A stretch of 64,000 bases of DNA from Candidatus Omnitrophota bacterium (GTDB lineage: Bacteria; Omnitrophota; Gorgyraeia; Gygaellales; Profunditerraquicolaceae), in NCBI GenBank assembly GCA_018822885.1, contig JAHJJA010000149.1:771-64770 (forward strand). Reading direction: 5' to 3'. Made by a program: the position numbers and the translations under genes. Below, piece by piece: positions 56,595 through 64,000 of the stretch. A model generated the notes under the pieces. It saw only the letters and a list, made by a program, of their open reading frames with translations, searched no databases and was not told the origin of the DNA. Positions within the stretch are counted from its first letter, which is position 1; the number at the start of each line of letters is the position of its first letter.

Positions 56595-57530
56595 TTATGT
56601 TTTCGGCATAAACGCCTTATAAAAACCTAAGTGCCATGAGATGATCCCTTTCAAGGCAAGGCCTAAAGCAGTCAGTTTAAAATTAAAGTAAAATAATAAG
56701 GATATGAAACAAAGAAAAACGAGTATCCCAGTTAAAAACAGTTTATATATCAATAACCCCAGGATAAAAACTAAGACTAAGGGAATTATAATAGGCACGG
56801 CCTGGATCTTTCGAAAGATGCCATATTTCTTCACCAGAAACCCCTGCGCCCAGCCATATCTGTCCATCATTCTTAAGAAAGATGCTGTATCTTGCGGTTT
56901 ATAGTGGTAGACTAGAGCCTTTGGGTTAAAGACTATCCTGTATCCTCTTTTCTTCAGGCGAAAATCAAACTCCACATCTTCTCCCGGCCACAATTCCTCC
57001 AAAAAACCCCCCTCTTGCCGAAACGCCTCCTTTTTATACATCACATTGCATGTAGGATTGTGGTCTACGGATAATATCCCCTCTCCGGATTTACGTAAAT
57101 AATCAGAGATAAACCCGATTTTTTTCATCGCCAGGTATACCTTCTTTCCAAAATCAGTTTCATCGGCAGGGACATCCTGCGAGCCTCCGCAAGAAATGAC
57201 GCCATCCAGGGCAAATCCAGCCAGCAACTCTTTGAGCCAGTTCTTATCCACGATACAATCTGCGTCGGTAAAAGCAAAAAACTCTCCCCTCGCCTTGAAT
57301 ACCCCGACATTTCTTGAAAATGATGGCCCCCTAGCAACAGGATTAGTGATTATATTTATTTTTGGAAGATATTTACTTAAAATAACCGGAGTCTCATCTT
57401 GAGAAAAATCATCAATGATTATTATTTCATAATTATCGTAGTCTAAGACCAGCAAAGAATCCAGACACCTGGCTAGTGTCTTCTCTGCATTCTTGGCGGG
57501 GATAATAATACTTACCAGAGGATTACTCAT
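56595..57530 (-). CDS. GT2 glycosyltransferase with C-terminal TMs
   Basis: IDDFSQD, FTDADC, GEDVEF. Confidence 0.9.
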   Translation of the reverse strand: MSNPLVSIIIPAKNAEKTLARCLDSLLVLDYDNYEIIIIDDFSQDETPVILSKYLPKINIITNPVARGPSFSRNVGVFKARGEFFAFTDADCIVDKNWLKELLAGFALDGVISCGGSQDVPADETDFGKKVYLAMKKIGFISDYLRKSGEGILSVDHNPTCNVMYKKEAFRQEGGFLEELWPGEDVEFDFRLKKRGYRIVFNPKALVYHYKPQDTASFLRMMDRYGWAQGFLVKKYGIFRKIQAVPIIIPLVLVFILGLLIYKLFLTGILVFLCFISLLFYFNFKLTALGLALKGIISWHLGFYKAFMPKT

Positions 57531-58960
57531 TTCTTAAGAAGGTATGATATAAAGTTAGACGCCCCTCTAATTTTGCGATAAAGATCTGACATAGAACGGG
57601 TACTAAACAGAAACTTCATCATGTAAGATGGCCTGAAATAAAATCTCTTAAGCCCAAGGTCCACAAAATAATTTATACGCTGCAAGGAAAGTCCCGGATA
57701 CTCTATAACCCCTGCCTGCTCTCCGGTATCAAGCCAATCGCTCCACTTCTCTGACTTTAACCAACCCTGATCTTTGCATAAATCAAAAAATCTTGTGCCC
57801 GGAAAAGGCACGGCACCTGAAAACTGCACCGTGGTCAATCCAAGACTTAAAGCAAAATCAATAGTTTCCTTTGCCGTTTCTTCAGTTTCACCGGGAAGGC
57901 CAAACACAAAACACCCATGCACCTCTAAGCCGGCCTCTCTTGCTAAACGCATAAACCTCCTGGACCCTTCTAAGGTAATATTCTTATTCATCTTGTTTAA
58001 GACATCCTGATTTCCTGACTCAAAACCAACGAGCAATTCCCTGCACCCGGATCCTTTCATTATCTTAAATAGCCCTATATCGGCAGTATCAACCCGCGCG
58101 TTGACAGAGAATGTTATTTTTAAATTCCTGCGCTTTATCTCTCTGCAGATCTCAATCGCCCTTTCTTTATCCACTGTAAAGGTATCATCCTCAAAGAAAA
58201 ACTCTCCGCCCTTTAAGACCTGCGGGCATAATTTAATATCATATTCGATCTCATCAACCACATTCTTCGGGCTTCTTAAACGGTAACGCATCCCATGCAT
58301 CACTTGAGGCCAAAGACAGAATATGCAGCGGTTAGGACAGCCCCTTCCTGAGATTATATCTATGTAGGGATAAAGCTTGCCTCCGTCAAAATACTTCATC
58401 AGGTCCAATTGATGCCAAGCCGGAAACGGCAATCCATCCAGATTCTCAATATAGGGCCTGGCGGCATTCACCATGATTTGTCCGTCCTTATAATAAGCGA
58501 TCCCCTTAACGCTGGCTAGATCATTAAAATTTTCTACCGCGTCTCTTACGGAGTAATCGTATTCTCCGATACAGGCGATATCCACCGCGCCTTTTGCCAA
58601 AATCAAGGTCTCTTCGGGCAAGCTAGAAACGTGCGGGCCGACCATGATGACTTTAGCCCCGGATTCTTCTTTGACTATTCTAGCGCATTCAATATCAGAA
58701 TAAATCGAAGGCGTAGTAGAATCTAAAACCACAAAATCCGGATTTTCTTTCCTGATAATAAGGCGCAGGTCATCTTTGGTCTGCCCCTTAGCAACCATAT
58801 CTAAAAGGATGGCTTTGTGGCCTGCCTTTTCCAATACCGTAGCAGAATAAGCCAGCCAATCAGGAGCACGCAAAACCCTTCCGCGGGTGCGCGCGGCCCA
58901 TCTCTGCGTCCGGCAGAAATCTTTGACAAAAGGCTCATTAATCAATAATATCTTAGGCAT
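57527..58960 (-). CDS. B12-binding radical SAM protein (HpnJ-like architecture)
   Basis: N-terminal B12-binding domain (VGPH, GEYD); RGCPNRCIFC; GFESG. Confidence 0.9.
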   Translation of the reverse strand: MPKILLINEPFVKDFCRTQRWAARTRGRVLRAPDWLAYSATVLEKAGHKAILLDMVAKGQTKDDLRLIIRKENPDFVVLDSTTPSIYSDIECARIVKEESGAKVIMVGPHVSSLPEETLILAKGAVDIACIGEYDYSVRDAVENFNDLASVKGIAYYKDGQIMVNAARPYIENLDGLPFPAWHQLDLMKYFDGGKLYPYIDIISGRGCPNRCIFCLWPQVMHGMRYRLRSPKNVVDEIEYDIKLCPQVLKGGEFFFEDDTFTVDKERAIEICREIKRRNLKITFSVNARVDTADIGLFKIMKGSGCRELLVGFESGNQDVLNKMNKNITLEGSRRFMRLAREAGLEVHGCFVFGLPGETEETAKETIDFALSLGLTTVQFSGAVPFPGTRFFDLCKDQGWLKSEKWSDWLDTGEQAGVIEYPGLSLQRINYFVDLGLKRFYFRPSYMMKFLFSTRSMSDLYRKIRGASNFISYLLKK

Positions 58961-58974
58961 TATTCCTTCACGGG

Positions 58975-59643
58975 CTATATTTTGCTTGCGACAATAAGCA
59001 TCTGCCTTCCCATTATCTTCCAGATAAAAGGAAACCTTAAATACATCCGCACCGCAAAATCATTTTTGGGGATCCTGCTTTTAGTGGTAAAGGGGAGGAA
59101 TTTGGGAATGGCGCGTTCGATTTTAAAACCGATGGCCTGCAACAGCTCGGCCAAAGCCTTATGGCTTAAAGGAATAAAATGATCAAAAAAATCCCAGTAT
59201 TCCTTATAGACATACCTGATGTTGGGCCCCATAAGGATTATACGCCCCTTTGGTTTCAAAACACGCAAAGCCTCCAGAAGCGTCTTTACAACCTCTTTTT
59301 TATCCAAGAGGTGCTCTGAGAAATTACTCATAAAGACAGCGTCTACGGAGCCGTCTTTTAAAAAGTTGAGGTCGCAGGCATGGCTGTTAAATAACTTTAC
59401 ATCGGGATCAAAGAATTGCCGTGATTCTTCATTAAGTTCAACGGCAAACTTCTGGCGGCACTTAATATGATTGATAAATTCCCCGTAACCGGCTCCCACA
59501 TCAAGAACAACATCATCTTTACCGATGAACTGTTGAAAAAAATCTTGGCAAAATATTTCCCAAAGATGGTTCCTTACCGCAAGTTCATCTTTATTAAAAC
59601 GGACCTGATAGAGCTTTCCTAGAATATTGTCAAATGTATCCAT
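58975..59643 (-). CDS. Class I SAM methyltransferase
   Basis: VLDVGAGYG, SNFSEHL, RVLKPKG. Confidence 0.88.
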   Translation of the reverse strand: MDTFDNILGKLYQVRFNKDELAVRNHLWEIFCQDFFQQFIGKDDVVLDVGAGYGEFINHIKCRQKFAVELNEESRQFFDPDVKLFNSHACDLNFLKDGSVDAVFMSNFSEHLLDKKEVVKTLLEALRVLKPKGRIILMGPNIRYVYKEYWDFFDHFIPLSHKALAELLQAIGFKIERAIPKFLPFTTKSRIPKNDFAVRMYLRFPFIWKIMGRQMLIVASKI

Positions 59644-59659
59644 GTCGGTTCCTTAAGGA

Positions 59660-60808
59660 TCATTTTTTCTCTAGAAATAAGAGGCTGACAAAAAATGATG
59701 AAAAAATAGTCTGTATTCCGATAACCAATAAAGTTGTCGCCAATATCGCTTCCCTTATCCTGTATAGCGCGCCAAAACCGCTTGAAAACCAGTCGATGAA
59801 TATAAAGGTGATGATGATCAGAGACATCAACACCAATAAGCCTCCTAAGCCCAAGCCCCTCTCAAGGCTGAAATGGCGCTGAAAGAACAGAGTCGTCTGG
59901 TCATATTTCAGGAACCCCTGTCTTATGGCAAAACTATGGGCAAAAACTCCCAGGCCTAAGACCTGATAAGATAATATGCTTATGGCGCTGGCGAAGGTCA
60001 TTAAATGCACATCCCAGCGATGACCAAAAAATAAAAACGGCCCCTTTAATAAAAGAAGCATCACCCCGAAACCAAGAATAAAGCCGACTAGCCCGGGAAT
60101 AAAATACAGCCAAAGCGGACAATATAGCAGCATAAATCTCATGTGACGCCAGGCGTCAAAAAAAGGATTTAATTTAGACTCTCCTTTGCGCGGATGATAA
60201 TGGATGGGAATCTCGCAAGTCTTTAAATCATTCTGCAGAGCAGCCACGACCATCTCGGTAGCAAACTCCATCCCTATTGTCCTTAATTTCATTTTTTGAT
60301 AAGCCTCGAGGCTGAATCCCCGCATACCGCAATGAATATCAGAAAGTTTGGTGCGGAAAAATACCCTTGTCATGCCGGAAAGTATGGGATTGCCTATGTA
60401 GCGGTTCATCCAGGGCATGGCCTTCTTTTGGATCTTTCCCTTAAACCTAGAGCCCATGACAAAATCATTGCCCTCTCTTAAGGCTTTTAAGAATTTCGGA
60501 ATATCATAAAAGTCATAAGTCAGGTCGCTATCAGCCATGACTACGTATTTTCCGGACACCTCTCTGAAACCACGCAGATAAGCTGAACCGTAGCCGCGTT
60601 TATGCTCTATTACGACCTTAGCTCCTTCATTTTTAGCTATTTCTATTGAGCGGTCAGTCGAGCCGTTATCAGCTACGATTATCTCTCCCCTGATCCCCTC
60701 TTTAGCAAAAACTTCTTTTACTCTCTTAACACAGACCCCTATCGCCTCCTCCTCATTCAAGCAAGGCAGGACTACCGACAACTCGATCAAGCTACCCCCT
60801 GTTTCCAT
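59660..60808 (-). CDS. Polyprenol-phosphate glycosyltransferase (DPM-synthase-like GT2)
   Basis: PCLNEE, DNGSTD, RGYG, DSDLTY, GSRF; C-terminal TMs. Confidence 0.9.
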   Translation of the reverse strand: METGGSLIELSVVLPCLNEEEAIGVCVKRVKEVFAKEGIRGEIIVADNGSTDRSIEIAKNEGAKVVIEHKRGYGSAYLRGFREVSGKYVVMADSDLTYDFYDIPKFLKALREGNDFVMGSRFKGKIQKKAMPWMNRYIGNPILSGMTRVFFRTKLSDIHCGMRGFSLEAYQKMKLRTIGMEFATEMVVAALQNDLKTCEIPIHYHPRKGESKLNPFFDAWRHMRFMLLYCPLWLYFIPGLVGFILGFGVMLLLLKGPFLFFGHRWDVHLMTFASAISILSYQVLGLGVFAHSFAIRQGFLKYDQTTLFFQRHFSLERGLGLGGLLVLMSLIIITFIFIDWFSSGFGALYRIREAILATTLLVIGIQTIFSSFFVSLLFLEKK

Positions 60809-60810
60809 GA

Positions 60811-63339
60811 CTACTCCCATAAGATCCGATAAACCTTAATGTAATCCTCTTCATCATTCTCGGTTATAAATGGCTTAAAATGCTTTAGGCCCTCGCCATT
60901 CAGGAAATACAGCCGCACATACAAACTCTCGGCCAACTCCGGGTCAAGTAAAATCGCCTGCAATTTATTATCTTTTCGGAATATCAGAACAGAAAAGTCT
61001 AAATCACTTTTCTCATAAACAAACTCCTTCATCTTGCCGTCCTCAAAAAGAAAAAGGCTCTTAGGCACTTTATATTTCTTGTCATGACAGGAGTATTGAT
61101 TTACTGTCTGCTGTTTAGGATTATAGACTAACCCTCCCTCAAAAAGGAGTACTTCTTCATTTTTCTCTTCTGTATGCAGCCTACCCCAGAATGAGAGCCT
61201 CTTTGAGACTATCTTATCAAGATTCTTCTTTGAAAGAATAGACGCCTCTCTTAAAAATCCTTCCGCCTCCTCTTTATTCTGGCCGTTAGAAACAAGATAA
61301 TTGATCATTGAGCTGCTATCAATTTTGCCTAGATTCCTAGTGATATAAACCTTGGCGAAATCCCAGTTTCCTATATAAGAAATAGCGCCCATTATATTCT
61401 GCATGGATGTGTAAACAATAAAATAAGCTTGCTCCTTAGGCATGTCAAACATCAAACCCTCGACTTTTATCGCCTCATCGAGAGGAAGATACTTTGACAG
61501 CAGCGTTTGCGCCTCTTTTGGATCAGAAGAAATAAGCCTTTTGATAATCAAGATCGAAAGGAACGGATCCTTTATCCTACCATTAATAATATTAAAAGCG
61601 CTGTTGGCGCCGTTATTTAACATCTTAAGGATCTTTATTGCTTCCTCTTCGTTGTGGCTGATTAGCACCTTAGCCATCCAATAAGCCTGCGGCGTGTTCT
61701 GACTCTGGCCGTCAAAGATTACCCGGCGATTACCAACAGTTTTAAACCAATCCCCCAGATCCCACCAGGAATTTACAATTGCATCGTTAGGCGTGTTTTT
61801 CTTTATATTAGTCAAAACGTTATACCAGGAATCAGTCATATAAGGATAAAGGCCTTTCGCGGAATCATAAGCGTTATTGACAAATACCGCGCCAAGCAGT
61901 ATTGCCCCTAATGCGACAATATAAGCCAAGACCTTTCTTCCGTTTTGCTCGAGTAAAAGTAAAAGTTCGCTGATTCCCCCCCCTAAAAATATCCCTAAAG
62001 GCACAAGTAAGAATACAGCGAAACGTATTCCGCTAAAACAGGCAAAGAACATCGCCGCGAACCAGAAAAAGAAAAGGACCAATGCTTCATATTTACTGCC
62101 ATAAGTCTTTTTTATAAAAAAGTTCAGTAAAATTAAGATGATCAGACAAACCAAACAAATAACAAATAGATATATCCCGCCGGCATAAACAGCTATCTCG
62201 GCAAAGTCCGGCCTCCTTAATTCGTTTACCGTGGAAAAAACATTGGGCCAAATAGAATCGACCAAAGGCTTAGTCAAAAGCAGGGCATTTGTTACTTGTG
62301 AGTACAATATAATGAAGGGCTTTGTACCGCAGAAAAGCATAACCCAGCATAGCGAGAAAGCTATAAATAAAGGCAGAATCAGAGCATGCGCTTTAAAAGG
62401 CCTGCTGATGTCCTCCTTGTATTGCATCTTTATTGAAAGCAGATTAAGCATGGAAAAAACCGCGTAAGTTATCAGGATAATAAAAATAAACCACCAGTTT
62501 CCCCAGGTAAAAGCAAATAAACCTATCCAAAAAGAAGCCAGGCAAGTAAAGAATATCCTTCGTTTAAGATTATTCACGTTTAAGGCGGCCAAATACCCCC
62601 AAGCCGCCAATAACGGAAAGAGCAAATTCAAAACATCGGTATCAAACCAGCCTCCGCAGCTGCGGGAAATAAATATCGGGCATAAACCCACAAAAAGAGT
62701 CGACAGCAACGCGGCCACGCTGCCCCAATAAAAAAAACAGAATAAAAACAAAACGGTAAGAAAAATAATCACAAATAAAAGCGGAAGGTAAAACAGGAAG
62801 GTATTAAGGGCAACAGGCTTAAAAATGCAGAATGTTCTATATAAAAAAGCGGATAAATAATAAAGGAGGTTATTAGAAGGCAGATTTTTGCCCAGAGGAG
62901 CAAGCGCAAAAAGGTCGCGCTCTCTGCCGTCTTTTTGCTCGTCTCCGGGATGCCCGTACCTTAAAACATTTTCAACGTACCTTGCCCAATTCCAGCAATC
63001 AAGCTCCATTAAGTAGGACTGGCCGCTTGCGTCCTGATATTTACTCTTTAGCCTGCTAAACTCTTCTTTGACCTTGGCCTTGATCTCATGACTTTTTTCT
63101 TTTTTTACCTCTGCTGTGCGCAATTCAACAAACTTATCCTTGGCAGGCGCGCTTAGTTTACCGGGTAGTTTATCAAACTCATCATCAACCTGTTTAGCTA
63201 TCTCCTTCTCAATGTTTGCTTTTGCCAAAGGCTTAAGCTGCCATAGATAAGCGGGAAAAAGCCTAAAATACAGATTTAAAAATATAACTAGAATTAAGGC
63301 AAATATCGGTAAAACTAATTTAGCTGTCTTATTAGGCAT
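60811..63339 (-). CDS. STT3/AglB/PglB-like oligosaccharyltransferase
   Basis: Multi-TM; ELD, GWFDTD, STVNEL, RF, SWWDLG, DGQSQ; start probably 63339. Confidence 0.85.
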   Translation of the reverse strand: MPNKTAKLVLPIFALILVIFLNLYFRLFPAYLWQLKPLAKANIEKEIAKQVDDEFDKLPGKLSAPAKDKFVELRTAEVKKEKSHEIKAKVKEEFSRLKSKYQDASGQSYLMELDCWNWARYVENVLRYGHPGDEQKDGRERDLFALAPLGKNLPSNNLLYYLSAFLYRTFCIFKPVALNTFLFYLPLLFVIIFLTVLFLFCFFYWGSVAALLSTLFVGLCPIFISRSCGGWFDTDVLNLLFPLLAAWGYLAALNVNNLKRRIFFTCLASFWIGLFAFTWGNWWFIFIILITYAVFSMLNLLSIKMQYKEDISRPFKAHALILPLFIAFSLCWVMLFCGTKPFIILYSQVTNALLLTKPLVDSIWPNVFSTVNELRRPDFAEIAVYAGGIYLFVICLVCLIILILLNFFIKKTYGSKYEALVLFFFWFAAMFFACFSGIRFAVFLLVPLGIFLGGGISELLLLLEQNGRKVLAYIVALGAILLGAVFVNNAYDSAKGLYPYMTDSWYNVLTNIKKNTPNDAIVNSWWDLGDWFKTVGNRRVIFDGQSQNTPQAYWMAKVLISHNEEEAIKILKMLNNGANSAFNIINGRIKDPFLSILIIKRLISSDPKEAQTLLSKYLPLDEAIKVEGLMFDMPKEQAYFIVYTSMQNIMGAISYIGNWDFAKVYITRNLGKIDSSSMINYLVSNGQNKEEAEGFLREASILSKKNLDKIVSKRLSFWGRLHTEEKNEEVLLFEGGLVYNPKQQTVNQYSCHDKKYKVPKSLFLFEDGKMKEFVYEKSDLDFSVLIFRKDNKLQAILLDPELAESLYVRLYFLNGEGLKHFKPFITENDEEDYIKVYRILWE

Positions 63340-63410
63340 AATAGCATGATTATACCCGCACCTTTTACTTGGCCTTGGATTTTCCAAAAGCCAAATAAAA
63401 GGTACGGGGC

Positions 63411-63432
63411 TAGCCGCAAGTGAATACGGCTA
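63411..63432. terminator. Hairpin after 80-aa basic protein gene
   Basis: TAGCCG-caagtgaata-CGGCTA. Confidence 0.4.
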
Positions 63433-63436
63433 TTGT

Positions 63437-63679
63437 TTATCTCTTCTTCTTTTTCTTGCCGCCTCTTTTCATCTTGGCGCAGGAAACATCCCCTGCCTTA
63501 TCCAAGAAATAAAGGTAACCTTCTTTTCTCTTGATACCGCACTTGGCTACCTTTTTCGGATTACCGCCTTTTTTGTTGCCTCTTGCCATCTTTGCGCAAG
63601 AAACATCACCCTGCTTGTCAATATAATAGAGGTAACCCTTTTCTCTTTTTACGCCCAGCTTTACGATTTTTTCCGCCAT
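63437..63679 (-). CDS. Small very basic protein with internal duplication
   Basis: Two copies of K-G-[VI]-KR-x-x-GYLY-x-x-DK-x-GDVSCAKM-x-RG; GGGGGTG SD. Confidence 0.8.
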   Translation of the reverse strand: MAEKIVKLGVKREKGYLYYIDKQGDVSCAKMARGNKKGGNPKKVAKCGIKRKEGYLYFLDKAGDVSCAKMKRGGKKKKKR

Positions 63680-63717
63680 TGTCTAATTCACCCCCCTTCT
63701 ATTTGTTATATTTTTAG

Positions 63718-64000
63718 TTAAGAGCCCACCTTTACCGGCTCCAGAATCCGTTTTAATACCGCGATCGCCGAGAGCACAGCCAGAAAACTTGTCTTCGGAT
63801 TATCAGGATGCAGTGTATTCTCGGTACGAGTCGATATATTTGCCGCTTCTGATTCAATTGATACCTCATGGATATTCCTTTTTGCGGATAAAGAAGCTAT
63901 GATCCTGACAAACGTCTTGTCCTGCCCTACTCCGGCCAGACTCAAGACTGCCGCTACATTAATATTTTGGGGAAAATATTTGACCGCGTCTTTTGCCTTT
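63718..64000 (-). CDS. nadX: L-aspartate dehydrogenase, C-terminal part (runs off window)
   Basis: YFPQNINVAA, NIHEV, NPKTS. Confidence 0.85.
   Translation of the reverse strand, partial: KAKDAVKYFPQNINVAAVLSLAGVGQDKTFVRIIASLSAKRNIHEVSIESEAANISTRTENTLHPDNPKTSFLAVLSAIAVLKRILEPVKVGS

Noticed and set aside
57527-58960. Hopanoid biosynthesis (hpnJ)
   Set aside because: No squalene-hopene cyclase or other hpn genes; the context is glycosylation.
350-62467. Many 60-176 aa ORFs antisense to or nested in clear genes
   Set aside because: Shadow ORFs with no motifs or initiation signals.
10257-63387. Long N-terminal extensions in the ORF track (glgC, both fabG, rsmD, GT2, methyltransferase, STT3)
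   Set aside because: They overlap upstream genes or promoters; downstream ATGs fit coupling, SD or -10 positions.

Overview
Anaerobic bacterial chromosome segment, almost all on the minus strand. Gene content suggests PVC superphylum, probably Candidatus Omnitrophota (inference only). Core genes: Bcd-EtfAB with a ferredoxin-fused EtfA, glgC, secG-tpiA-pgk, truA-asd-leuBDC, rsmD-coaD-yceD-rpmF-plsX-fabHDG-acpP-fabF, recG, dusB, pgi, uvrA and a partial nadX. The most unusual items are: (1) an orphan ParA ATPase fused to a glycogen-binding CBM48, behind a membrane-anchored CBM protein and next to a GH57 and a porin, a candidate glycogen/alpha-glucan positioning system; (2) a ~10 kb block between recG and rsmD encoding a KS/CLF-type type II PKS with a desaturase-like flavoprotein, hydrolase and GNAT; (3) inside that block, an orphan 718-aa secreted repeat protein enclosed by 49-bp inverted repeats; (4) an ExbB/ExbD pair with both channel acidic residues neutralised; (5) an STT3/AglB-like oligosaccharyltransferase locus with radical SAM enzymes; (6) a candidate sRNA, structured leaders, REP/MITE-like palindromes, heptamer repeats and many apparently leaderless genes. 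No rRNA, tRNA, CRISPR array or transposase was recognised. All family calls come from motifs read by eye.
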